Part shown: piece after piece, positions 45,047 to 54,980 of the stretch | Layout: each line of letters opens with the position of its first letter | Numbering within the stretch: the first letter of the stretch is position 1 | Virus record (IMG/VR): IMGVR_UViG_3300037042_006682 | Location: 64,001 to 128,000 of that record | DNA: 64,000 nt | DNA from: a virus | Direction: 5' to 3' (one strand) | Position numbers and translations under genes: made by a program | Notes under the pieces: model-generated | What the model was told of the DNA's origin: nothing | The model's input: only the letters and a program-made list of their open reading frames with translations | The model's database searches: none

Positions 45047-45904
45047 TCAGTCCATCGTGCTGAAGATGTGGTACGCCAGCTTCGCATCGGACAGCGCCTT
45101 GTACAGCTCGCGGAACGTCATGCGCTTGATGTCGCTGAGGTTCGCCTGCACCCACAGGTAAAAGGCCTTGATCGCCGTCTTCTTTGCCCCATAGGTCGGC
45201 GGCATGATGATCGGCGTGTCGTCCCCCCCGTGGCCCGGCCGCGGCTTCTCCGACACGGAGAAGTCCGTCAGGGAGGCCTCCAGCGTGAAGGTCGGCGTCT
45301 CGACCTTGATCTGCGCCCCCGCGGCGCCCTGCGCGGGCTCCACATCGACCCCGCGCGACGACCCCTCGGTGAACTTGACGCGGTCCGCATACGCGGCCTT
45401 CCCACTCTCGGCATCCCGCACCTGCGCCGCCGTCTCGCGCGCGATCTGCACGGCCTGCGCGTACCCCTTGGCCTTCGCAATCGCCTTCAAGCCAGCCTCT
45501 AGGATCGCCACCGCCTTGGCGCTAGCGAAGCCGTCGTTGCGCGGGTCGAACCCGCTGAGGGTGAACGAGGACACCGTCTTGCCGCGCTTGCCCGCGTTGG
45601 CGAGGTCCAGGACATGCAGGTTCGTCATGAAGCGGTGCAGGCGCATGCCGTTGCGCTCCACCGTCTGCGCCATGGGCACCCCCGCATTCTGGTCCACATA
45701 GAAGCGCTCGGGCGCCTCCGCCTTGGGCAGCGCCTGCTGCGTCGCCCCCTGGATCACCGCCGCCATGCCCTGCGCGGGGCTCGCCGGGGGCGCCGGGGGC
45801 GTCGCCACCGTCTGCCCCTTGGGGTCCTTCCCGCCGGGCAGCACGCGCAGGGTCACGCCCGTCTTCGTCGTCGTCTCCACCCGCTCCAATAGCTGCCGCA
45901 TCAT
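45047..45904 (-). CDS. putative internal head protein (MMRQLLERVE)
   Basis: AAGGAG RBS; shared leader. Confidence 0.7.
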   Translation of the reverse strand: MMRQLLERVETTTKTGVTLRVLPGGKDPKGQTVATPPAPPASPAQGMAAVIQGATQQALPKAEAPERFYVDQNAGVPMAQTVERNGMRLHRFMTNLHVLDLANAGKRGKTVSSFTLSGFDPRNDGFASAKAVAILEAGLKAIAKAKGYAQAVQIARETAAQVRDAESGKAAYADRVKFTEGSSRGVDVEPAQGAAGAQIKVETPTFTLEASLTDFSVSEKPRPGHGGDDTPIIMPPTYGAKKTAIKAFYLWVQANLSDIKRMTFRELYKALSDAKLAYHIFSTMD

Positions 45905-45915
45905 GAGTCTGCTCC

Positions 45916-47001
45916 TTAGCTCCACGTCGAAGACGTGCCTTTACGGGCAATTTTATGATCGTCCAACCAGGCCCCTAAGTCCTTGTAGGCCACGCCCTTG
46001 AGGGCTGCGGGCTGCGCCTGCAGCAGCTTGAACAGCTTGGCCGCGGCACTCGGCCCCTTCTCCACGGTCCCCGTGTAGTAGGGGCTGCTCTGCTGGAAGT
46101 CGCTGTTCGGCGAGTAGGCGCGGAAGGTCTTCCACGTCACCTTGAGCGCGAAGTCCTTGCCGTCCACGACCAGCTCCGTGTCCCCGCCCTCGGGGGCCAC
46201 GCGGCCCGCCGGCACGGCCTGTTCCCGCCAGCTCCCCTGCTGCTGCAGCCAGTCCGGCCGGTGTGCCCCCTCCCACTTCGCGATGACCGCGCCCTGCGCC
46301 TCGGCCACCGCCTTCCCGACCTTGTCCTTGATCGCGTCGAAGCCGTCGCTGTCCGCGAGTTTGGCAAAATGCAGGATGTTCTGCGGGAGCATCGCGTCCC
46401 AGGCGCGCGCCATCTGCCCCCCGCGGTACCCCGTCCCCAGCTCGGCCACGCGCAGCTGGCGCTTCCCCTTCACGGGCAGCTCCTCCAGCCGGTAGCTCTC
46501 CCCGTAGTAGCCGATGGTGAGCCGCGCTCCCGCCCCTGTGAATACCATGGTGTCGTTGCTGCGCTTCTCCAGCTTCTCCAGCAGCACGCGCAGCGAGGCC
46601 TGCTGCGCCCCCTCGCTCCGCTCGCCCTGGCCCAGCGCACGGGAGGCCGCATCCTTCGGCGCGTACCCGTCCTTCTGCGCGGAGGCATACGCCTTCTGGA
46701 GGCGCTCCCACCACCCCGCCACGGCCTGCCCCGCTGCTGCCTCCGACTTAAAGGCCTGCCCCTGGAACATCGCCTCCCAGGTCGGCAGCCCCTTGCGATC
46801 GACACGCCACGCCGTGCCCTCGTTGTTATCCTGAATGATCCGCACGGCTACGTCCACGGGGCCCACCTTGAAGGTCCGCCCGTAGGCCATCCGCTTGCCA
46901 TCCGGGCTCGGGTGCTCCTCCCATCCCTTGAGGTAGAGCGCCTTCGCCTCCTTGTGTATGTCAAACTTCTCCAACAGGGTGTGTATCGTCGGGATAGTCA
47001 T
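45916..47001 (-). CDS. putative internal head protein (IHTLLE; internal LRVLLEKLE)
   Basis: GGAGG RBS; leader present twice. Confidence 0.7.
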   Translation of the reverse strand: MTIPTIHTLLEKFDIHKEAKALYLKGWEEHPSPDGKRMAYGRTFKVGPVDVAVRIIQDNNEGTAWRVDRKGLPTWEAMFQGQAFKSEAAAGQAVAGWWERLQKAYASAQKDGYAPKDAASRALGQGERSEGAQQASLRVLLEKLEKRSNDTMVFTGAGARLTIGYYGESYRLEELPVKGKRQLRVAELGTGYRGGQMARAWDAMLPQNILHFAKLADSDGFDAIKDKVGKAVAEAQGAVIAKWEGAHRPDWLQQQGSWREQAVPAGRVAPEGGDTELVVDGKDFALKVTWKTFRAYSPNSDFQQSSPYYTGTVEKGPSAAAKLFKLLQAQPAALKGVAYKDLGAWLDDHKIARKGTSSTWS

Positions 47002-48605
47002 CACTTGCCTCCGTAGACCGCGTGGTCCGCCGCCTTGACGAGCAGCTTGCAAATCGCCTGATACTTGGGGTCGTGACCGCTCGATGGAATCGCGCGGCTC
47101 TCCGGGGCCACCTTCACCATCCCGCTCAGCATCCGCCCGAGGTACATCACGATCTCGGGATGCACCTTCTGCAGCTTCCCTACCGCCTCGCGTATCCAGT
47201 CGAGGTTGACCTCCTCAGTCATCCCCCCCACCGCCTCGGTGAAGCCCTTGGGGTCCTTCAGGGCGATGTCGACCGTGCGCCCCATGCGCTGCTGCACCAC
47301 CAGGAAGCGGTCCCCCTCGACCTCCTTGGCCACCGCCAGGAGGTAGTTCTGGTTCAGCGCCCGCTTGCCGTCCGCCGCCGCCATCAGGGCATCGTTCTTC
47401 TTCGCCGACTGCCCGCTCGTCGTCGCGCTCGGGCTCGCCAGCAGCACGGCCTCCGCGGCCTGCGGGACCCCGCTGATCAGCTGCCAGCCCTTGCGCCCCT
47501 TCCAGAGCGTCACGAAGGCCTGGGAGTCCGCCGCCGGCCCGTGGTCCTTATTCACAAAGACCAACCACTCCTTGCTCGTGCCCTCCGCCCACGGGGCCAT
47601 CCCCGCCCGGCGGAAGGCCGCCTTGGCCGCCCCCTCCAGCGTCCGCTCGCTGGGCGCGCGGTCCCCCGCCGCCTCGCCCATGGCCCCCGCCTTCTTGCGC
47701 GCGATCGTCCCGCACAAGGCCTTGGGATCGCTCACGCCCCCCTTGGCCTTCATGTACTTCACGCAGTTCCCAAACTTCTCCCCCTTGCGCCCCTTGAAGG
47801 CCCCCGTCTTCGGGTTGATGTACTTCGCGCTGAGCTGCTGCTGCTTCGACGCCTTCTTCTTCTTGGCCGCCGCCTCCATCAACGCCGCGACCCAGTGCCC
47901 CACGGCCTCGCTGGCCTCCTCGGCGTCCATCTCCTCGTCGTCGTCCTCGGGCCCCTCGCAGTCCTCGCAGGCCGCCCCGTCGCTCTCATCCCGCGCCTCG
48001 CAGGCCCGCGGCTCGCCCGTCACCGGGCACACACCCTCGTCGCCCATGTCCTCGCCCTCGTCCCCACCGTCCTCCTCGTCCTCGTCGTCCTCCACCGCCT
48101 CAAACCTCTTCGCCGCCGGCGCGAAGGCCTGCGTCGTGCTGAAGTACCGCTGCAGGATGAGATCCGCCATCTCGCGCCCGCTGATCCGCACCATGAGCAG
48201 GTACCAGTAGATCGGCATGTTCTCGGGCTGCGCCCGCATGAGCCGCGCCGCCTTCGGGGCCACCTTCGCGATGTTGCGCAGCGCCAGCTTGAACGCCTCG
48301 CGCGGCCGGTTCGCCAGCACGTCCTGCGCGTCCGCCATGTTGTCCGCCCCCAGCAGCGCGGGGAGGTCCTCGCGCGGGATCGCCTTCAGGAGCGCGCGCT
48401 GGTTGTCAAAGATCATGTTGGAGAGGTCCAGCTTCCCCTGGTCATCCTTCCACGCCGCCGGCGCGTCCTTCTCCCACATCCTGAGGATCTTGCTGCTCAC
48501 CTTGAAGGCCCCCGGCCGCACCGGGGTGTCCTCGCCCGCCATCGCCATCGCCGCGGGGCCCGTCTGGCGCTCCATCAATGATCCCAACCGCTCGCTCAAC
48601 CGCAT
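47001..48605 (-). CDS. multi-segment putative internal head polyprotein (MRLSERLGSLME)
   Basis: acidic linker; repeated xxE|A sites (RFEA, LMEA, MGEA, FTEA). Confidence 0.65.
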   Translation of the reverse strand: MRLSERLGSLMERQTGPAAMAMAGEDTPVRPGAFKVSSKILRMWEKDAPAAWKDDQGKLDLSNMIFDNQRALLKAIPREDLPALLGADNMADAQDVLANRPREAFKLALRNIAKVAPKAARLMRAQPENMPIYWYLLMVRISGREMADLILQRYFSTTQAFAPAAKRFEAVEDDEDEEDGGDEGEDMGDEGVCPVTGEPRACEARDESDGAACEDCEGPEDDDEEMDAEEASEAVGHWVAALMEAAAKKKKASKQQQLSAKYINPKTGAFKGRKGEKFGNCVKYMKAKGGVSDPKALCGTIARKKAGAMGEAAGDRAPSERTLEGAAKAAFRRAGMAPWAEGTSKEWLVFVNKDHGPAADSQAFVTLWKGRKGWQLISGVPQAAEAVLLASPSATTSGQSAKKNDALMAAADGKRALNQNYLLAVAKEVEGDRFLVVQQRMGRTVDIALKDPKGFTEAVGGMTEEVNLDWIREAVGKLQKVHPEIVMYLGRMLSGMVKVAPESRAIPSSGHDPKYQAICKLLVKAADHAVYGGK

Positions 48606-48631
48606 CGCTCGTCCCTCATTCCCTTGGTTAT

Positions 48632-48649
48632 CGCGCATGCGCATGCGCG
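48632..48649. promoter_or_regulatory. 18-bp RY palindrome CGCGCATGCGCATGCGCG
   Basis: intergenic, upstream of the 48605 start. Confidence 0.6.
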
Positions 48650-48655
48650 GCTCGC

Positions 48656-49435
48656 TCATCTCTCGCCCGGCAGCGCGAAGTCCACCGGCACGCGCGCCGC
48701 CCGCAGGCCCGCCCGCAGCGCCGCGAGGTCCATCCCCGGCAGCGCCGCCGCGTGCTCGTCCACCCAGCGCGCGAACATCGTCCCCACCGCGTACTTGCCC
48801 GCGGCCCCCGTGCGGATCGCCACGTCCCGGCCATCCCACATGCGCAGGCTCACGGCTGGCCAGCTGTAGGACAGCACGAAGTCCTTCCCCCGCAGCTCCT
48901 CGCTGCTATGCGCCAGCCCCACGGGCCGCCGCTGGCTCTCCTCAAAGGGCGTCCGCAGCGTGGCCGCCCCGTCGATCAGGAACCGCTCGGGGCCCTGGAG
49001 CCCGCGGTTCGCGGCCTCCGCCGCCGCCTGCACCCGCGCCCAGACGCGCGGCCACCCCGCCTCGCCGTAGGCCGCCCGCAGCGCCGCCCGGAAGCCCTCC
49101 ACCGCCGCCTCGACCATGGCCCCCGCGCGCCCCGCCTCGACCCGCTGGGCATCGCGCGCCGCCCACTGCGCCTTCGTCAGCTTGCGCCCCCGCGGCGGGG
49201 CCGCCATGGGCACCCGCGGCGTCGCCGGCACGCTCACGCGCCCCACGTGCCCCAGCCCCGTGAGGTCCACCACGAGCACATCCACGAGGTCGCGCGGATA
49301 CCGCGTGCCCTGCGCGCAGAACACCCGCACGTCGTCGACCGCCCAGCCCAGCTCGGCGTTCCACACGCTCTCCACGCTCGCGTTGTACCGGGTCCCCCGC
49401 TCGATCGCTTCCAGCAGTTGTCGCATCGCAGCCAC
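48656..49435 (-). CDS. putative internal head protein (MRQLLEAIE)
   Basis: GGAGG RBS; shared leader. Confidence 0.65.
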   Translation of the reverse strand: MAAMRQLLEAIERGTRYNASVESVWNAELGWAVDDVRVFCAQGTRYPRDLVDVLVVDLTGLGHVGRVSVPATPRVPMAAPPRGRKLTKAQWAARDAQRVEAGRAGAMVEAAVEGFRAALRAAYGEAGWPRVWARVQAAAEAANRGLQGPERFLIDGAATLRTPFEESQRRPVGLAHSSEELRGKDFVLSYSWPAVSLRMWDGRDVAIRTGAAGKYAVGTMFARWVDEHAAALPGMDLAALRAGLRAARVPVDFALPGER

Positions 49436-49632
49436 GTCTACCCTCCGGCAAGCGCGCGCCCCCTCTCGTCTGCTCGCTGATCGACTCTACCGACCCGCCC
49501 GCCCCCTGCCAAGAAATCCCCACGCCCCGCTCGCGCTTTACCCCGCCGCGAGCCACGCGAGCACCGCCAGGACGAGCCCCGCCACGGCCAGCCCGATGAG
49601 CGCCGCGAGGGCCACGTCGCGCCCGCCCGGCC

Positions 49633-49947
49633 CTACGCCCACGCCGGCCCCACCGGGGGCTGCGAGATCGGCCCCTCGGCCGCCCCCGTCGCGCGCAGGG
49701 CCTCCGTGAGGGCCGCCACGCACAGCGCCACGTGCCGCCGCGTCGCCGCCGCATCCCGCCCCAGGCCCCCGGCCTCCGCGAGCTTCGCCAGCAGCGCCGC
49801 CGCATTGCGCACCGCCGCCCAGGCGTCCGCCGCCTCCGCGGGGTCCCCGCCCCGCTTGCCGTCCAGCAGCAGCCCCAGCGCCGCGCGCATCAGCGCGTTC
49901 GCCTCGGCCTCCGCCAGCGCCTCCATCCTCTCGATGAGCTGTTTCAT
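49633..49947 (-). CDS. putative internal head protein (MKQLIERMEALAE)
   Basis: shared leader. Confidence 0.6.
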   Translation of the reverse strand: MKQLIERMEALAEAEANALMRAALGLLLDGKRGGDPAEAADAWAAVRNAAALLAKLAEAGGLGRDAAATRRHVALCVAALTEALRATGAAEGPISQPPVGPAWA

Positions 49948-49957
49948 GGCCCCCAGC

Positions 49958-50263
49958 CTACCGCCGCGCGGGCCGCCCCGCAAGCTCGTCCCCCGCCCCC
50001 GATGGCACGAGCCCCGCCGCCTCCGCCTTCTCCTGCAGCGCCTTGAGCGCGAACGCAAACAGCTCCGCCGGGGGATGTCCATAGGCCCGCCCCAGGGCCC
50101 GCGCGCGCTCCCAGGTGTCCCTCGTCACGAGCATCATCACCAGGTCGTCGTGCTGGAGGGCCTCATCCGGCCGCGGGTCGAGCTTGCCATCCTCGGCCCC
50201 CGCGATCTCCCGCTGCGGCCCCCCGCGCGGCCCCCCGCGCGCCTGTGCCCGCATCACCATCAA
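49958..50263 (-). CDS. hypothetical protein
   Basis: overlap with upstream stop. Confidence 0.45.
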   Translation of the reverse strand: MMVMRAQARGGPRGGPQREIAGAEDGKLDPRPDEALQHDDLVMMLVTRDTWERARALGRAYGHPPAELFAFALKALQEKAEAAGLVPSGAGDELAGRPARR

Positions 50264-51018
50264 ATGGCCGTCTGGTCGAGCTTGCCAACGCCGTGCCCCG
50301 CCCCGTCCCAGGTCTTGTCGTCAAACTTGTACGGCGCCGCCCCGCTCCCCACCGCATCCTTCTGCCGCCCCACGTAGGCCACGCCCTTCATGGGCTGCTG
50401 CACCACCTGCCGGAACGTCAGGGCCACCGTGGCGAGCCGTGGCACGCCGTTCGCGAAGCAGAGGCTGTACGTCACGTCGCAGCCCGTCATCACCGCGAAG
50501 ATCGCATCCCCGCCCTTCTCGTTCCAGTTAAGCCCCGGCGCGTGCAGGATCGCGATCGGCGGGGGGTACGCCTCCACGTGCGTCTCCCCCTGCGTGTACA
50601 GCGGGTAACAGAACGCCCGCAGGTAGCGGATGGCCCCCGCGACGTCCGCGTTCCACCCCGGCGCGTCCGCCCCCTTCGTCATCCCAAAGGGGTCGAAGAG
50701 CTTCTCCATCACCGTGCGGTCGCCCTCCGGCTTCATGAGCCGGCTCATGGTGACCTCGAACGAGATCGTGCGCCCCCCGTTGCTGCCCCACGTCGCGAGC
50801 GCGTGCGAGGCCCCAGGGATCTCGCTGAAGTTCCAGCCGATCTCGATCGTGTCGGAGATGCTCTCAGGCCAGTACTGGAAGGCGCGCTGCGGGAGCGCGG
50901 GCTTCCCCGCGTCCGCCGCCAGCGCGTCGATCCCGCACATGCTCATCCACGCCGGCTTCTCGCCGGTGGGCCCGTCCATGATAATGCTGGCGATGCCGCC
51001 GAAGACCCCGAGGGCCAT
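50260..51018 (-). CDS. contractile tail tube-initiator/baseplate protein (gp48/gp54, CIS-tube-like)
   Basis: FQYWPESISD...W....IPG.SH....W..NGGRTISF...PPP...GVPRLATV.LTF. Confidence 0.75.
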   Translation of the reverse strand: MALGVFGGIASIIMDGPTGEKPAWMSMCGIDALAADAGKPALPQRAFQYWPESISDTIEIGWNFSEIPGASHALATWGSNGGRTISFEVTMSRLMKPEGDRTVMEKLFDPFGMTKGADAPGWNADVAGAIRYLRAFCYPLYTQGETHVEAYPPPIAILHAPGLNWNEKGGDAIFAVMTGCDVTYSLCFANGVPRLATVALTFRQVVQQPMKGVAYVGRQKDAVGSGAAPYKFDDKTWDGAGHGVGKLDQTAI

Positions 51019-51044
51019 GGCCTACCTCCCGCGGCGCCCCGCGC

Positions 51045-51953
51045 TCAGTACTCGACCCCTAGCGCGTCATCCACCAACTTGGCTGTCCGCGCATCGAGCT
51101 TGCGTGCTAGCGTCCGCAGGGCCACGGGGGAATAACCCATCTTGCGCATCATGGGATTGGCCCGCTGCAGGAACATCTCCAGGGGGGTCCCCAATGCCTT
51201 GACCAGCGTCACGACCGGCTTGTCCAACCCGCCCCCCATCAAGGTCGTGAGCTTGTCCTGCAGCAACAGGGCATACACATAGGCCAACGCGGCCTCCGCG
51301 TCTTCTGGATTCGTGTCCATCACGGCCTCCGCGACCGCCTTGCCCTTGCCGCCCGCCGCGCAGCCCCCCTCATCATCCGCCTTGGCCTTCCCCTTCCCCT
51401 TGGCCGCCTTCTTCTTGCCCTTGCGCCCTTCGTCGAGGATCGCCCGGAGCGACGCCAGCAGGGGGTCCGCCCCCTCCATCTCGGGCTCCGCGTCCGCCGC
51501 GCTGCCGTTGGGCTCCTCGGGCTCCAGGTCCTGCGCGCCCTCGTCCTCCAGGTCCGCGCCCTCGTCGCCCTCGGCGATGGCCCAGCCCACGGAGCCCTCC
51601 GCGTCGATCGCCAGCATGGTCTCGTCGTCGAGCATGATCACGGCGCCCGGCGGGTCCTCATCCAGCGCCACCCCCACGACCTCGGCCGTGGTGTCCGCCG
51701 GCACCTCGACGGCCTCGCCGTCCTCCGTGTACGCAATCGTGTCGCTGACCGCGACGAGGGGCACGCCCTCCTCCCAGCCCGCGAACAGGTCCCCCTCAGC
51801 CATCGCGTTGGGCTCCTCCGGCTCCAGGGCCTCCCCGTCGCCTTCAAACCCCGCGTCCACCATCTCGCCTTCGGCCTCCGCGCCCTCGCGCACCACGGCC
51901 ACGGCCTCGCCCGCCTGCCCCTTCAGGGCCTCCATCAATGCTCGCATCGTCAT
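51045..51953 (-). CDS. acidic prohead core/internal protein-like (MTMRALMEAL)
   Basis: GAGGAG RBS; E-rich; LEPEEPN repeated; LRAILDE internal. Confidence 0.6.
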   Translation of the reverse strand: MTMRALMEALKGQAGEAVAVVREGAEAEGEMVDAGFEGDGEALEPEEPNAMAEGDLFAGWEEGVPLVAVSDTIAYTEDGEAVEVPADTTAEVVGVALDEDPPGAVIMLDDETMLAIDAEGSVGWAIAEGDEGADLEDEGAQDLEPEEPNGSAADAEPEMEGADPLLASLRAILDEGRKGKKKAAKGKGKAKADDEGGCAAGGKGKAVAEAVMDTNPEDAEAALAYVYALLLQDKLTTLMGGGLDKPVVTLVKALGTPLEMFLQRANPMMRKMGYSPVALRTLARKLDARTAKLVDDALGVEY

Positions 51954-51993
51954 CGCTCGATCTCCTCGTGCGGCCCGCAGCCGCGCTATGCCT

Positions 51994-52013
51994 GCGCTGC
52001 GCATGCGCAGCGC
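51994..52013. promoter_or_regulatory. 20-bp palindrome GCGCTGCGCATGCGCAGCGC
   Basis: intergenic; shortened RY family member. Confidence 0.55.
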
Positions 52014-52017
52014 CCGC

Positions 52018-52521
52018 CTACAGGGTCACCGTCACGTTGCGCTGCAACGACTTCTCCGAGGTCTTGATCACCTCGTCAAAGGTCACGTAAAACATCATGT
52101 TGTCCCCCGCATCGAACGCCGCCAGCTCGAACAGCGAGGGGCTGCCCCCCGTCCCATCGTCGTTCGCCTCAGCCGCGTCCAGCGCGCAGACCACCGTGAG
52201 CACGTTGTCCACCACGCTCACGGTCCCCGGCGCCAAGGGCTTGCAATAGTACCAGTTCTGCCCCACGCGCGTCCCCACGAGGGCCGTCCCCTCGCTCCCC
52301 GCCGGCGTGGGCCAGCCCGGCGGCACGGGGCACGCCGCGCCGCCCGCCGCCTGGATGTCCCCGTAGCTCGCCGCTGGCGCCGGCATCGCCGACCCCGAGG
52401 GCAGGTTCGCGCACCCCCACTTCACATAGCTGAGCTTCAGGGCGTCGAGCGGCGCGCCGTCCCGCGCCACCGCCGCGTACCGCTCCCGGTAGAGGTCCGT
52501 AAACACGCCTGCCGATGCCAT
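52018..52521 (-). CDS. baseplate/tail-collar protein (P2 gpH N-terminal-like)
   Basis: LFELAAFDAGDNMMFYVTF..VIKT. Confidence 0.65.
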   Translation of the reverse strand: MASAGVFTDLYRERYAAVARDGAPLDALKLSYVKWGCANLPSGSAMPAPAASYGDIQAAGGAACPVPPGWPTPAGSEGTALVGTRVGQNWYYCKPLAPGTVSVVDNVLTVVCALDAAEANDDGTGGSPSLFELAAFDAGDNMMFYVTFDEVIKTSEKSLQRNVTVTL

Positions 52522-52533
52522 GCCGTCTCCTGT

Positions 52534-54972
52534 CTAGCGCGTGATCGTGAACGTGAAGCGCACCTCGCCGTTCGCCACCGCCGCCGTTGCCCTCGCCTGG
52601 AGCGTAACCGCCCCCGCCCCGGCGAGCAAGGAAGTCAGGTCCACCGCGCCGCCGCCCGGCGCCACGCGCCACACCAGGTCGTCGTAGCCCGTGCGCACGT
52701 CGTCCAGGCCCCACGGGGTGTCCCCGTCCACGTCCACCCAGATCGACTGCTCCTCGCCGATCTCGTTGAGGTCGCCCCGCTGCTCCACCGTCAGGAGCAC
52801 CTGCGTGGCCCCCGCGAGGTCCTCCACGTCGAAGGCGTGCGCCACCGTGGCCCCCGCCTCGACCGCCAACAGCACGTGCTGGCTCGTCAGCACGAGGGCC
52901 CCCGTCACCGGCAGCACGTGCCCGTCCATCGGCAGCACGTCCGCGGGCCACCCCGGCGCATCGAAGGTCTCCGTGAACGGCAGCACCGTCACGAGGGTCT
53001 CCTGCAGCGCGCCCACCGCGAGGCCCGGCACCCCCATCCCGATCGCCGTCGTGTAGACCAGCGCGTACTCGCTCACCCGCACGTGGATCGGCACCAGCGT
53101 CGCCTCGATCTTCGCGATGAGGCGCCGGACCGCCGCGTCCAGCGGGAGCCCAAACCCGAAATAGGTGTCCGCCCCCCAGGGCCCGCCCTGCGGCGTGATC
53201 TCCACCCGGATGCGGTTGCTCCGGCAGTACCCGCAATCCACCAGCAGCTCCGGCCAGTAGCGCACCGCCACGTCCGCCCCCAACGCCGGCGTGGGCGCCG
53301 CGGGGTCCTGCCCCACCACGACGTCCCAGTGCCACCGCAGGGGGTCCAGCGGGTCGACCCCCGTCCCCACCTCCGCATCGATCCACCACACGGCATCCCC
53401 CAGCGCCGGCGGCACGCCCCCCGCCCGGTCGTACACCGAGAGCCCGAAGACCCCCTTGCGCACCCCCCGGAAGTCCCCCAGGGCCTCCTTGAGGATCGAC
53501 ACCGTAACCACGTGCCCCCCCATCAGGTTGTAGCCCGCGGCCTCCGCCGCCGTGAGGTCCCGCACCGCCACCACGCGCGCGGGGTCCCGCTCCGGGTGGG
53601 CATAGCCCTGCGCCACGTCCAGCGCGAAGGCGAGCCCCACGGAGAGCCCCGCCGGGGAGAAGTCCTCGTACAGGAAGCAATCGTCGATCAGCGTCTTCCA
53701 GCGATCCGCCTCCACGGCGTCCCGCCAGTCGTAGTACCGCACGTCCGCGTTGATGTCGTCGAACCGCACGGCCCGCGGCTCGATCGTCGTGTACCACTTG
53801 TCCCCCACGTGATGCACCGCCGGCGCCGGCAGGAGCCCCGCGAACCCCGCGTCGCCCAGTAGGTGCAGGGGCCGCGCCGCCACCGCGAAGCCGCTCACCG
53901 CCCCGCGGATCCGGTAGCTCTCCGCCGTGGCCTTCAGCCCGAAGAACTTGTGCGCGTGCGCGATCGTCGCGCGCTGCACGCTCTCCGGGTCGTTCGCATC
54001 GTTCTCAAACCCAAAGTCCCGCGCCAGCACGTCCAGCAGGCTCGCGGGCCGCGCCGCCACGTAGTAGCCCGCCACCCGCCAGTCCGCCGTGATCGGCGTG
54101 GTCCCCCACGGCAGGTCCCAGGTCCCCGTCCAATCGGGGCTCGCGAGCGCGCGCTCGTAGTCCACGGTCCCCCGCGCCTCCCCGAGGTCCGCCTCGCCCG
54201 TGCCGGGGTCCACGAAGTACAGCACGCCATAGCCATCGTAGGGGTCGTTCGGCACGTCCACCAGCGCCACGCGGTCCACCCACCAGGGGCTGCTGTACCA
54301 CAGCACGAGCCCCGCCGCGGCCACCGTCAGGGGCCCCGACGTGTCCATGGGCCGCAGGCGCCAGGGCGCCCCCGGCAGGGCCACCGGCGGCGTCTGCGTG
54401 CCGTCCCCAGCCCCCACCGCCACGCCGTACTGCGTGGCCGGCCACAGCCCCAGGGGCACCCCCGCCACCCAGACCTCGTTCGCCTCGGACTGCGCGGGGG
54501 CCGCCGCGTCGAAGAGGCGCGTCCGCACGTTCACCACGCGGTAGCGCGCGCCCCCCCACTCTACCCACCACTGCGGGGCCACCCGGCTGATGGCCGCATA
54601 GGGCGCCCACGCCACGCCGAAGGCCTCGTCCCCGTAGGGGAAGGCGCTCGCCAGCGCGGGCTCCCGCAGCACCACCACGGGGCCATGCGTCGCGTCCACC
54701 ACCCACGTCGCGCTCTCAAAGTACAGCCACTCCTCGGTCCCGAGCCGCCCCCGCACCTGGAAGGGATCCCGCTGCGCCGGCAGCGCCGCGATCTGGTCGC
54801 GCACCGCCTCCAGCTCGTCCGCCCACGTCCCCAGCAAGCGCTGCAGGACGTCCCCCTGGCCCGCGTCCTCCGCCTGCCAGAGCTGCGGCACGTTGCCCCA
54901 CAGCACGCGCCGCGCCCAGCTCCCCTGGCCGAAGCGCCCGCTACCAAATGGCTCGTTTCCAAAGGTCGGCAA
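52534..54972 (-). CDS. baseplate wedge protein (P2 gpI/T4 gp7-like)
   Basis: LLDVLARDFGF...QRATIAHAHKFFGLKAT; ...LVPIHV. Confidence 0.7.
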   Translation of the reverse strand: MPTFGNEPFGSGRFGQGSWARRVLWGNVPQLWQAEDAGQGDVLQRLLGTWADELEAVRDQIAALPAQRDPFQVRGRLGTEEWLYFESATWVVDATHGPVVVLREPALASAFPYGDEAFGVAWAPYAAISRVAPQWWVEWGGARYRVVNVRTRLFDAAAPAQSEANEVWVAGVPLGLWPATQYGVAVGAGDGTQTPPVALPGAPWRLRPMDTSGPLTVAAAGLVLWYSSPWWVDRVALVDVPNDPYDGYGVLYFVDPGTGEADLGEARGTVDYERALASPDWTGTWDLPWGTTPITADWRVAGYYVAARPASLLDVLARDFGFENDANDPESVQRATIAHAHKFFGLKATAESYRIRGAVSGFAVAARPLHLLGDAGFAGLLPAPAVHHVGDKWYTTIEPRAVRFDDINADVRYYDWRDAVEADRWKTLIDDCFLYEDFSPAGLSVGLAFALDVAQGYAHPERDPARVVAVRDLTAAEAAGYNLMGGHVVTVSILKEALGDFRGVRKGVFGLSVYDRAGGVPPALGDAVWWIDAEVGTGVDPLDPLRWHWDVVVGQDPAAPTPALGADVAVRYWPELLVDCGYCRSNRIRVEITPQGGPWGADTYFGFGLPLDAAVRRLIAKIEATLVPIHVRVSEYALVYTTAIGMGVPGLAVGALQETLVTVLPFTETFDAPGWPADVLPMDGHVLPVTGALVLTSQHVLLAVEAGATVAHAFDVEDLAGATQVLLTVEQRGDLNEIGEEQSIWVDVDGDTPWGLDDVRTGYDDLVWRVAPGGGAVDLTSLLAGAGAVTLQARATAAVANGEVRFTFTITR

Positions 54973-54980
54973 CGCCTACC

